Below are positions 29,236-42,500 of a stretch of DNA of 64,000 nt, piece by piece. The stretch is from assembly GCA_964035545.1 (NCBI GenBank), contig OZ037768.1:8650741-8714740 (forward strand), written 5' to 3'. Source of the DNA: Bugula neritina. Lineage: Eukaryota; Animalia; Bryozoa. The notes under the pieces were generated by a model, which was not told the DNA's origin, searched no databases, and was given only the letters and a program-made list of their open reading frames with translations. Made by a program: the position numbers and the translations under genes. Position 1 is the first letter of the stretch, and every line of letters begins with the position of its first letter.

Positions 29236-29460
29236 TCATACTACTAGTACTAGTAGTAGTACTACTATAGCTATTTCAGCATTTCTACTACTATTATTAT
29301 TACTATTATTACTATGCTACTATTACTATTAAGTATTATTACTATTACTATTACTATTAGTATTAGTATTAGTATTACTATTAGTATTATTTTACTATCT
29401 CTATTAGTATTAGTATTACTATTAGTATTAGTATTAGTAGTACTATTAGACATTAGATAG
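29236..29460. repeat. (ACT/ATT/AGT)n low-complexity tract
   Basis: Directly visible trinucleotide-periodic tract upstream of the LRRC6 acceptor at about 30153. Confidence 0.9.
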
Positions 29461-30200
29461 ACTGAGTACTTGGGAGTGATTTAGGTTTTTGATTTAATAT
29501 CATTAATGATATATAAAGTTGTATTTTATACTTGTGGTATTGTGCTATGTATTTATACTTTATAGTAATACCTAAGGGCTAAGATTTCAGTATCATTATG
29601 ATTATAATAATGGAGTTTTATATTATTAATATAGTTATAGTGTTTTGAAAAGTTCAAATTAAAAAAATTTACTTTAACTTCATCTAATTTCAAGTTGGTT
29701 TATTTACATAAATTGATACAAAGACTGTAGTGTGTTGAAATGCTTTTTAAAACACTTTTTATTTCAAATTACAATCATTATACAGGTGTGAATGCACTTG
29801 CAGCACAGATATTATTATAGTAAAAACTACTTAGTCTACTAATGAAACTGAAGTACAAAACTTTGAAGTGCATGTGGTTTCTGCGACCTTATTGCTAAAA
29901 AATGGTTGATGTAATATTTTGACTTATGTGGTATGATAAAGTCTTATACCATAATATGTACATTGTATAATTACATTTACATTATTTGGTAGTTAATTAA
30001 TCACTGTCAAAACTATCAGACTGCGGTTCTGTAAAATTCTGTAAAACCAAGAATTTTGACTAGCCACACTATAATCATAATTGTTAAGTAATATCTAAAA
30101 CTGGAATTTATTTTTGAAAAATTTAATATGCTGTGAGTTATTTCTTTTTTCAGCCTCTATTACACAGTAATATTTGTTGGCACAGTCATCTAGATGAACG

Positions 30201-33200
30201 ATGGTGAGAATTACAGAGCAACTCGTAAGAAAAAGGGCAGAGCACAATGAACTAGAGATTTCAACACTTGAGGAGTTATCTCTCCATCAACAGGATATTG
30301 AAAAGATTGAATATCTAGACAAATGGTGTAGAGATTTGAGAATATTGTATTTGCAAAGCAACCTAATTGAAAAAATTGGTATGAAATCAAATCTCAACTA
30401 TAAATGTTGTGTGTACACTATATTAGTGTTAGGTTTTCTTGATCTACCACACCTTGTTTATTGTTTATTAAATTTAAGCATTTAAAATGTTTTTTTTTAG
30501 AAAATGTTTCAAGGCTTAAAAAATTGGAATACCTCAATCTTGCGCTGAACAATATTGAAAAAATTGAGAATCTTGAAGGATGTGAATCTTTAAATAAACT
30601 CGATCTAACAGTTAACTTTGTTGGTGAATTAACCTCTATATGCACGCTAGAGGTAAGCTGCCATATCTTACAGAATTATGCTTTGAAAAAAACAATATTT
30701 AAGCTATGGGAGAGTGGGTTGTCTCTGAGTATCACATTTGGAATTAATCTAAATCATTTTTGCCAGTTTGTTTGATTCAATCAACTGATATAGCTTCTTT
30801 GCTTCTTTCATAATTCTTCTATATTTAGAGCTTAGAATTCTTGCGTGAACTTTATTTGACTGGCAATCCATGCACAGAATATGAGGGCTATCGAGACTAT
30901 GTTATAGCCACCCTACCTCAGTTGGCTAAATTAGATGGGACGGATATTGAAAAGTCTGAAAGGATAGCAGCTGTTCAGAAATATTCCACTGTTACGGATT
31001 TTATTATAACACAACAAAATATGTATATGGTAAAAAGAGTAAGTACTTCTGACTGTTTTTGATGAAATCAGAGTTGTTGCATAACTGTAAAATGGCTGCT
31101 ACAGCAACTATGTATCTGGTATAAATGGTGGTATTGCCTGCACTGTACTAATTACTAAAATACTATTGCATCGACTCCTATTTTGTATTTTTTCATTATG
31201 TATCCACAAAAAGTTGCAACAAAATGATTATTGTAGGAAAAAGAGAGGGTTGAAGAACAATTGAAATTGGAACAAAAGGAAAGGCCTGGGTTTGATGGGC
31301 GATGGTACACTGATATAAACCAAGGCGATGCAGCTGGTGATAAAATTGACAAAAGTGCTGATAACGAACTGGATGAAGCTGAAAAATGGGAGCAAGAAAA
31401 GAAGTCTTTCTGGGAAGAAACTACTGCATACACTCCTGAGTCGAGGAAACAGGTAAGAGAAGTATATGAACTTTATACACACTTTCTAGAGTTTCTCAAT
31501 GTTAAACTTTTATAAACCCGTGTTTCTCCAAATTATTAATGAGAATTTTCTTGTTTTTTTAGAGAACTCAAAAAGTACTCTTGATGATTTTTTGTACAAG
31601 CAATTAAACAAACTAACTTCAGAAAGCTACTTAACGATTATTTATAAAATATCTTAGTAACACGCAGTTGTCTGATGCAAGTTTTTGTTATTCTTTGTAC
31701 TTCATGTACTGTACCCGGTTCCTAAAGAAAATATTTTCCAATCTTTGAAATTAATAAAATATGTAATTATATTGAAACATTTAAAAAGTATTTCTAATTT
31801 TGAACAATTAATATTTAAAAAAAACTTAACGTTTATATTTTTATGTGGCCAAAGGGACAACAATTTTTGAGTTACAATAAAATCACATGTTTAGCAAATG
31901 ATACTCTTGACTGAAAGTGAAAAATATGCTAGACCAATGTTAATATTTCTAATGTAACAACTTACAAGCTAATGAATTAATCATTTTTGCAAAACATCTG
32001 ACTATACAATATAAATTACTTAGCTAATGTTATTTACTGTTCTTCTATTATGCAATCAGGACTGTTTAATTTGTAAATAATACTCTATAATAATATGATC
32101 AGCTAACTATATAATATATAATGTTGATACATTCTGTCGCAATTTCATTGGTGTAAAAGTAAGTGTGAATTGATATATTTTTGTATTGCAAATAAGATGC
32201 ATGAACATATGAAGAAAGCCCGCGAAAAAGATGAGAAGAAAGATAAAGAGCCAGAGAAAAAGCGAGAGAGGCAACTCTTCAATGAAACTGATGGTTAGTG
32301 AAAATGATCTGTTTTATTAATATAAGATTTTTAGGATTGTTTTTATGCGTTAAACACTATTCTTTGTTAGGAAAATGCTGTAATTTTGACAGTAGTTTAA
32401 ATAACTGTTATTGTAGCAACTACTCTAAAAAACAGGCAGCTCTGGTTGCATTTGTAAACTTTATATATCACTCACAAGAACTTTGTCTATCAGTTCTTAT
32501 ACTTTATTATGATAACTGTAAAACATCTAGCAATATTATAGCTTGTCCAGGAGAGCACTGCTTCTATAAAACTGTGACAGTGGTATTTATATGTATATTG
32601 ATAAATAATACAACTACTATATATAAGCATAGACATAATAATTGATTCACTAGCACAAGGAAAGGCAGCATAAAATTGTAATTAATTAGCAAACACATGA
32701 CAGTATTCAGATGTAGTATTTTTTCGCATTAAGATGCATGCATACAAATGAAACAACATTTTTAAGAAGCAATCTTCCGATTGAAAGGTTCATGGCCAGA
32801 AGTGTGATTAAAATATATAATTATTATATACAGTAACTTGATTGGGCTTCCCATATGTTCAAATGATGAACTGACGTTTCATAAATAATAGCGTCTGTGA
32901 AATTTGTGGCAGATTATGATTTCTGACATGAGCACAATGCTGTTAAATTAATATAATGTTGCTACATAAATTTGGACACTCTAAACCTAAATTTGCTAAT
33001 TTCACTTTGTGAAGTTGAAATAGATTATCGGAATTAATAACAAACAAACATTAAACTAGTAATGTTTTGCTTTGCATAAATTTTATGCATGGGTATCTTT
33101 GTTTCAAGGACGACCTTTAAATATCAATGAAGCAAAAGTAGACTTTACTTTTACTGATGATGAAAAGAAATGCCAATATGTGTTAGACATCGCTGCTTTC

Positions 33201-33789
33201 AAGCATATGGACACTTCACTTATGGATGCAGATGTCCATCCATTTTATGTTCGAGTGGTTTTCAAGGGAAAGGTATATTCAGCTGCTTCTATTACCATGA
33301 TAAAATCTCTAACCCTATGAAAAGTCTTATAGTATATGCACAGATTTTACAGTTAAGTAAATTTAGCGCTTGTGAAGCTATAATATGTGATTTAACAATT
33401 ATTATGATGTTAATAGTTTTTAATGATGCTTTGCATTTTAGATATTTCAACTATGTCTTGACGAAGAAGTAAATGCTGATAAAAGTAAAGCTCAAAGATC
33501 TACAACTACTGGTCATTTAGTGATAACTATGCCAAAAGCAAACTCTACCATAACTTCTGCAGAATTAAGTCACAGCAAAGTAGACAAAACTTGCCAAGAA
33601 AAGAAAGCAAATACAGACAGTAAAATACTGGAAGTTGACCCTAGTAAGCATAGTATGCCAGATATTGTAAATATTGTAAAGGATAAAGAATATTTGCCTC
33701 CACTTGGGACTGTGAAGAAAAGACAGACCAAAGAACGAGAAAATAGCCCAGACTTTATAGATGACCCAGATGTACCACCATTAATTTAG
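30201..33789 (+). CDS. DNAAF11: Dynein axonemal assembly factor 11 (LRRC6 / tilB)
   Basis: [53 protein letters not shown]; LRRs; LRRcap [25 protein letters not shown]; YTPESR; CS-like [24 protein letters not shown]; C-terminal DDPDVPPLI. Approximate exons: 30201-30378, 30501-30652, 30829-31038, 31237-31452, 32197-32293, 33109-33271, 33442-33789. Confidence 0.96.
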
Positions 33790-34714
33790 ATCACATGTCA
33801 CATAATATGTGACAATATATTAAATATAACGGCATATATTATATGCAATTATATCGAATATTTATGTTTATATATTTAGTTTTCAATCTTGAAAACCTTG
33901 CTATAATGATAACTTGCCATGTGAAATGAATATTTTTTTGAGATGATAGGTGATTCTGATAAGATATCGCACTTATAATAGGCAAAAGTTGTGTAGGTAG
34001 CAGACCTTTCTGTTATAGTTATATAAAGGAATCCACATGTTTGTCATTATAGCTTGCATATACTGTGTAACTTGCAAAGTTAATTAATACACTGATGATA
34101 AGTATTAAACTGTGATAATAGTGTATTTCAATAGTTACAGTTGAGTAAATATCTTGCATCTAAGTTGCCTGGCCCTTCCGAAAATTGCTAGAGTAGCCTG
34201 TGTTCTTGGTCCTTTTGAGTTGAGGTAGTAATTGAAGTAACCAAGTATGCTGCATTGGATAGCAAAAAATTAAAACGACGTCACTCATAACTTTATAAGT
34301 TGTTCTCAGACATGTAAAATCAAAGTAAGTATTAACATAAGCCAGCAAATACTTATCATACTAGGCTTTGGCCATTGCCAGCTTTTATTGACATTGGAGT
34401 CGATTTGCAAAGAGAAGGCAACTTTGAATAACCAAGTTGACAGTTGTCCTTGGCAATAGAAAAAAACTTCTTAGCGTTCTTTAAATATATACGGGAGGGT
34501 TGTTAGCGTCAAATATTATAAAGTCTTCAACCTAAGATCAAATTTAATGTAATATGAAGTATTAATTATTAGTTATATTTTCATTTTGATAATTTTAAAA
34601 CTTGAAATTAATTTGTAAATGCATTCAATCAAAATATGAATAATGATTTGCTCCATTGTATCAAAACAAAATAATGAAGCTATAAAATCGCAGATAGAAT
34701 ATACTAAGCCACAA

Positions 34715-35130
34715 TAACTATCATTATTTGATTATGATAATGATTATCATTATGATTATGTCAATCGACACTTGTGATACTCATACACTATCGTACTGAT
34801 ACAGTGATAGTGGTACTCATACTCATGATAGTCATAGTGATACTGATAGTTATGGTGATGGTGATACTCATAATGATACTGATAATCATAGTTATGGACT
34901 TATAACAGTGATACACTCGTACTCATACTGACACTATCAGTGTGAGTGTCACAATGATTGTCAATGAATATGATTGCAAATGTGATAGTCATAGTGTCAG
35001 TGATACTCATACTGATTGTCATTGAGGTTGACTTTAAATTTGACACTTTGACTTGGTGACTTTAGGTTTCAGTTTGTCAGTTTGATTTTGTGATTGTTCT
35101 TAACTTAGAGTTAGTTATCAACTTAACCTT
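34715..35130. repeat. Degenerate 3/6-bp periodic tract (GATACT/CATAGT/GTGATA)
   Basis: Visible periodic low-complexity sequence upstream of the first EAF coding exon. Confidence 0.75.
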
Positions 35131-36590
35131 ACTTTTACTTTTACTTTTAGTTCTATTCATACTTAAAGTTAATGTTGTTTTTACTACTCAGTCACTGAGA
35201 GTAAGTTAGTGTTCTTGTTCTAGACTAACTTAAAATTTTAGTTTTACTAATATTTAATTTTAAATTATTAATTGATTGATATTTATATTATAAATATATT
35301 ATTAATATTATGATTATTATTAATAATATACTTTTATAGTTCAACTTTAAATTAATCTTATATTTCTACCTAATACTAATAGCAATACTTAAATAACTAA
35401 TACTAATATTAAATGTACTAGTTATACTTAAAATTACACTTTACAGACTAAGTCTAATATCAATACTAAGACAAATAGTAATGCTTATGCAGTAAATGCA
35501 ATAGAGTACAAACTATAAACTTTGTTAGTGTTATTAGTTTATTAGTATTACTATTAGTTATAATTAAAATGATAATGTTGATTTTTTATTTAAGCATAAA
35601 TGATCGTATTATTGAAATGAATCTTTATATTGATATGTTGAACAAGTTAAGTGTAATCAAGTCTATGACTTTAACAAGTCTGGTTTGGATCTAGTGTGCT
35701 CAAGTCAACATATGCTTTAATTCTAATGGCTTAGACCCAGTTTTTTTGACAATGTATAGACAATGCTAGATTCATGTATTACAAAGTTTAAATATAGTAG
35801 ATAATTTGATCATTTTAGTTTTAACTAGATTCAATGTATAATGATGTTTATATTTAACAATAGAGGCCAACTTATTATACCAGCTCTTAAACTTGTATTA
35901 TACTTGATAGTATCAAAATGAAATGATCAATTTTGAATAGTTTTCATTAAACTATTATTAAAGTTATTATTTAAATAGAGAGCAAAAAATAAACTGCAGC
36001 TGTATATTCTAAAAAGTCCAAATTAGGTAATCTCAAATTTTAAATTGTTTGAATTTTAAAACTTTACAGTGAGCCATTTTTAATAACCATGTAATTAACT
36101 AACCCAAGCAGGTCAATGCAAACCTAAGTAATTTTTTAAGACTTGGTAAGCATGAGTTAACTATATAACTTCAACTTCTACATTGTAGAAAATGTTTTGT
36201 GCTCATACTTAATGATGTACTAGTCTGTGTCAGTAACTCCGAGTCAACTTCTAGATAAACCATAACTCTTTTTTGTAGAGTGATGGAGAAGCTTTAACAT
36301 AAATTTAGGGTTTTGTTGGGTTACAGTTTAAATTGTGACTAGATTTCTTTCGATTACCACCATATTTGGGTCTTTCAAATAAGAATTAACTGTATCTTCA
36401 AGCCCAAAAACCTGATAATTACTGTGCGCAGATACTCACCCAGAACTCTAATTGATCAATAGCCAGGTCTGATGGCATTTTACAAAGAAAAATATGTGTG
36501 CTGTTTTATTGTGTAATATTTTTGTCTACATTTTCATCTATCATTTATTGATTTAGCAGGCTGTTGGATTGTTTGGTGGGGGTGACCCTA

Positions 36591-39500
36591 ATGGCAGGTT
36601 TAACTGTTGCTGAGCGGCTTGGTTTAGACAAAGGACAACATGTTCTCAAGATAGGAAAAAGTTTTGCTGGGAAGGATCAGTTCCATACAATTCGATGTAT
36701 ATAACTATAAACATTTATGTTGAGAAACTATAAACTTTCATCATAGAGTTTATGTGATTAATTATTTAAACTTTCAACAGTTGCCTAATCTCTTTTTACT
36801 CGAACCTATTAAATGTTATATATTCTCTAGTTTGCAATAATTTACATTTAATGATTATCAAAATTACGTATTAATTGTTTTGTAAGCCAGATTTACTTGA
36901 CTCATGAGCTGAAGAACTACTTAAAACTGAAGACACATTACGTTGATTAATGTCCCCTGGGAGAGTGCCTCCGTATGGTCTGATCTAGCCTTACTCTAGC
37001 TTATCAAAGGGCTTTACTGAAATCTTAGTGTATATTGATTGCAAAATACTTGTTGCTTTTCACCAACTTTTTTTAACTAACAACATTTAGTTTTTTTATT
37101 AATTCCGCTATTTCAAATTTCTATCAACAGACTGCTTTTGACTGTTTTTTGATTTTCATTATATTGATTGGTACCAATAGCTAAATATTACAGTCCATTT
37201 CTTTAATGTATTGTTTGTCTCATGTACATTGTAAATTATAAACATTTCTTGCTGTATTGTGTAGATGATTTCAAACCAGCATCTGTTGATACTAACCAAG
37301 AGTCCAAAGTGCTTGTGGGTAGTGATAACGCAGTAGAGGTTCATGTTCCACATGTGCAGGTAATGAATATTGGACATTATATTTATCTGTTTTAAGGTGC
37401 CCTTCCATTCTGGCTCGATAACATTTGTACAGAATGTGTAAAAGGAGTATTTCGATGAACTTACAAAGCAGACAATATCCATACTGGCTTTCGATAAGCA
37501 TAGTTTATATAATTCAGTATATTATACCGAATTATATAAACTAATTGTATTTATTCATTATTTCTACATCTCTACGTTATTCTACCGTTTCTCACCATAA
37601 CAGTTTTAATCGTTGCGGGTAACATCTCTATGGTACATCATATAAATTGTAAAGTGTTTTACTTTGTACCAAATATAATGTTGATGTCTAACTACTAAAT
37701 TTTTAAGCATTTCAAAATTAGTTATTTACCTAATTTTTGATTTTAAGTGTATAAAAGTTTCATTGCTGTTTATTTACATAGACAAGTTTAAAGTTAAAGA
37801 ATGTATTTTATAATATATTACTTGCTTTGGCAGCTTAGAAAAATTAATGTTTGATTGTAAGCAACTTTATTATTGGTCAATATAATGTCTCTGATTTCTA
37901 GGGTTCTGGTACTAGCCACACAGTGTATAAAGGTAACAAGAGGTCGTTGCAAAAAGAATGTGTACTTATCATAAACCATGACACAGGAGAGATTTCCCTA
38001 GAGAAACTTAACTGTGCAATTCAACTCAAGAAAACGAGGTACTTTCTCTTTCAATTTGGTTTTTACACAACGCTGGTTTTGTAATGGGTGCCAATATAAA
38101 AATGGTAATATTATGTACAAAGTCATCGTCCATATTTGGGGAGCAGTTTGTTAAAAGTCAGCACATTGAGTGGCTCTCCTTTTTCAAGAAGTCCATGTAG
38201 TCCTGGTTTGATTATTCAAATTTACAATAAACACAAGCAGGTGAAATATTGTGACGTGTGTTATAACAGCTGTTCCCTTTACTCCATATTTGTCTGACTA
38301 CTGATAACCACTTTATTTTTATCATGACCTGGGCTGTGTAACCCCTTTATATTTATTGTTTTACTCACTGCATGTATTAATCAGCATTGCAGCAGAATGA
38401 TTTTTGACAATCAAACTGGCTATGATAGATCTATCAAGTCATATCATAGCTGCTAATTACTATTGTGGAATGCTAAAAAAAACCTGTAATAAAGATTACA
38501 TACTTTTGTGACATGATTGAATAGTATTATTTTGTTATTTCTATAGTGGTGTGCCCAGGTTATACCTTCCTATTTTGCTTTCTCTTGTACCACAGGCTAT
38601 TGCTTTAATTCTGTATGAAAGTATATTAATCTGAAACATGCGTCACCGAGGTGAAGGTAAAGCCGTGGATTAAAATACCAGTGTATCCCTTGCTTCCCAT
38701 AATACCTGTGATTACCCCATGATGACACATTGCATGTATATACAGAGGTGGAAGTGGCTGGGTGGGGTCGTATATACAAACACACTAACTAACTAAATAA
38801 TAACCTTACAACTAATCACTTTCAAATTAAGTTTTAGAAAGCTGAGCTCTAATATGTCTAGTGTCGTTATAACTGGTAACTTGTAAGTTACAGGATCACT
38901 AATGTAGTTCTATGAAAACTAATCTATAATATTTAAGGCTGTGATAGCTCTAGGAATTATATAGACTATGTGAATAACTGGAGTAAATATCTGAAGTATA
39001 ATGGGCGGTGGTTAGTATGTTGGACTAGGTCTGATGTCATATTTGCACCCACATTGTGTAGATCTCTTTCACCGTTAGGCATTGTTGTTGTGGGTAGATG
39101 GTGTGCATTTATCAAGAATACAACTCAATAACTACAGAATTTCTGCAGGTCTGAATCCACTGCTCCAAGATTACCTTTAAACCAGCGACCTTTAACCCCG
39201 ATAGAGAAATCAAAATCTTCACCTGCCAGAAAAGCTCCCGTAAAACCACACCCGAGTGTCTCCAACCAATCAAGTCAAGGATCTCATAAACCTCCACCCA
39301 CCAACACTCCGTCGTCGGCGGAGATATTCTCTGCGGAACTGGGCTCAGTTGGTAAATCTAAAACCTTTTTAGTTTGGTTCCTGTTGTACTCTTTGGTCTG
39401 TTTTAGCCATGAAGCATGTGAGCGGCAGCAACAGCAGCGTATCTGAAATGTCTTGTGACAATTACATATGAAAGTTGACTGATCATTGTACAACTTGTGT

Positions 39501-42500
39501 TGATAGATATGGACATCTCATCTTCTAGCTCTTCTGACAGTTCCAGTGATAACAGTGATAGTGATAGTGACCAGGAGACGAATAATGCTAAAGCAATGAA
39601 TTCTACTGGTCAGTCTTGCCTATGTGCTGCATAATAACTATCTACTTTATTATTCTCTATATTTTACTGAATTACATGTGTTACTATATTAAATGTTTTG
39701 TTAATATTACTGGGTATGTAGGGTGTAGTGTAGTTTATAGCATAGTATAGTATATTTTAGTTTATAGTGTATCATAGTATAGTGTAGTATATTGTAGATA
39801 TAGTATGATAAATGTAGTACAGTTTATAGTATAGTATAATAAGTGTCTAGTAGTGTAGTATACTATAGTATAATACTGTATAGTATAATACTGTATAGTA
39901 TAATGCAGTGCAGTGTTATGTCCACACAATGATTAGTATAAGACCAGAAGTTAGTCATAATGCTATTAACATAACTAATGCTAAGCCAGCATTCCATCAC
40001 CTAATTATGCTGATCTTTCTCTCATTTGTTTCATGAATGGCTTCAATGGATAATATCAATGGGCTCCTATAACGTTGTTATAATATGCTGGTGTGGCTAT
40101 CTTAATTATATCTGACCAGAAATACTACATTTTAAAGCCAGCTTATAGATGTTAATTTTGTATGAATTCAGTGTTACATTATTTAGTTGAAATTACCAAT
40201 TATATAAAAAAGTTTTTGATCGAAATTTAAATTTATTTTAGAATAATTGTAAGTTTTGATTAAAATTTGCTAAAGTGTAATTATACTTCAATCTAACAAA
40301 TAGTTGCTCTGGTTATGCCATATGTCAAACAGTTCAAACTCATCAGCTGAAACCCTACAACCAACACATTCTGCAGAAGGAGGGCTGGAGACACCCTAGA
40401 AATATAATAACTGAGTCTCCATCATGTTGCACTTGATTTGATTAATAGAATTTGGTGACATTAATTAGCTTTAGCAATGTACACCTGAGTTGGTTCAAGT
40501 TTTTCTTTGTTTATGTTTCTGTCAAATTAAGTTGTGTTGATTATTAGTGGTGCAGCTTTGTTTTTATTAGAGTTGGAACAAAATCATTTAAAATACCTGG
40601 AGAAAGTATATTGTTGATTGGTGAACTGGTATTTAATAGTGCAAAATGATGATAGATGAAATAATCACAATTTGTAATAATGTACTTAATTATAAATAGT
40701 TTAACCTTGATATCATAAGTATGAAGTGGGGAATAATTGCATACCAATGTCTGATAAGCTACTACAATGATGGAGAGTAGCTTCTAATATATATTCTGCT
40801 AGTAGCTAGTAAATAATATTATCCTCTTAATGGTATTACAAATATACGTTAATTAGTCTTAATCTATTTTGCTTGAAAATACTAATTTGTCATGTTATTT
40901 CTTTGAGTCCATTTATAAATTGGCCATTCAGTTCTCAACTAGTCAGTTTTAAGGCCACATTTCTTCCTTAATTTGGAAATTTTATGTGTAGACTCTTTAT
41001 TATTTTACAGAAAACAGTTAGAGGTGTTTTTCTTTAGTAGATGCCTTAAAAATTAATTGATTATTGTAGTCTAGACTTATTGCTTATAAGTTTATAAATT
41101 TAAGCTGGTTTCAAATTGCTCTGTGTATTGTATTACTATTTTATGGTACACATTACTATGATATTAAACTGGCAGTTTTTCTATTTGTTTTAAAGTTGGA
41201 ATTAAATTTAATTTCTGGGTTTTAAAAGTTTGGTCCAACTTTAGTAATCTGTATATTAATGTTAATAATTATTTTAACTTTACATGAATAATATGCAGAC
41301 CTTTTTGGTCCTTGTTTGATTGTAAACTCTTTTAGCATAGCTGTTGACATACAATTTTGTACACCTGAGGTAGTAAACTTAAAATGTTATATCGGTTTTT
41401 CGACTGAAGAGTTTTCAACTTAAATTTTATGTTGTTGATTTGTTAGCAGATTTACAAAAAGACAAAGGATCAGAAAACCGTCCCGTTAATACAGCACTTC
41501 ACACACAATACTTACACACACTAAGTGAGTACTACTTTATGTTTCATTATTTATCACTTGTGTGTTGTTGTTGCTTTCTTGAACTGCAGCAAGCTTGTAC
41601 CCAGACATTGCGTTTCTTTTTAATTTATAAAGTCATGCTGAGCGATCAAGTGAAGTGACTAAATGTGCCAGTTGCTGGTATCTGATTTCAACATCATCAT
41701 TTCTCATACAAGTAAATAAAAATTTGTTTAATGAGTAATTACAAAATAGTTTTAAAACAATGCATCAAAATTTCAAGTGTAAAACATACAGTTAGTTACA
41801 CGTGTCCGCTAATCAGTTTTTAACTACATCATTTATATACAGTGCTGTGAAAAAGTTTAAGGACGCCTCCCTGTTTTCCATAATAGCAATGTTCCAAGTT
41901 AATTTTAAGACATAACTAATGCATTTCCATAGGCATGATGCCTATCAAAATGATCCTCAAGATCTCCTTATCTCATTCATATAAATTATAAGTGTCTCTT
42001 TTTACTTCCTTCCAAAATTTGGGTAAAACAATGACATACTATGCATATATGGGAATTATTCAATGTTCTCACAATTTGTGTGTAGTGTAGGACATCAGAA
42101 TATTTTACTTGAAACATAGAAAAATATTATATGTGAATTGTTATACACATTATAGCAGCATTGCAACACACAGTGCTTCAAATTTTAGTATCAATGTTTT
42201 GTTGCCCAGCCTTTATTATCAATCACAAGTCGGCAGCGACGAAGCATCGACTTGTACAGCTTCTCCAACTCGTTTTCAGTCACGACATGATGCCATGCAT
42301 GAATTACAGGCTCTATGAGTGTCACCTTAGTTGTTGACTTCTGTGAAGAGAGTATTTTAGCCATTCTTGACCATGAATTTCTTATTGGGTCCAAGTCCCG
42401 GCTTTGTACTGGCCAGTTAAGCGTTGAGACCCTCTGCTTTTTCATCCACTTTTTAACTGTTTTTGCCCAATGGCATGGTGCATTGTCATCTTCAAATATG

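Noticed and set aside
29271-29453. Hydrophobic small ORF resembling a membrane peptide
   Set aside because: Trinucleotide low-complexity tract; the ORFs at 58297-58585 likewise overlap such a tract.
34140-34530. Possible small minus-strand gene (e.g. ILGYFNYYLNSKGPRTQATLAIFG, faintly like ATP5MK/DAPIT)
   Set aside because: No start codon or exon chain and no transmembrane segment; more likely EAF promoter or 5' UTR sequence.
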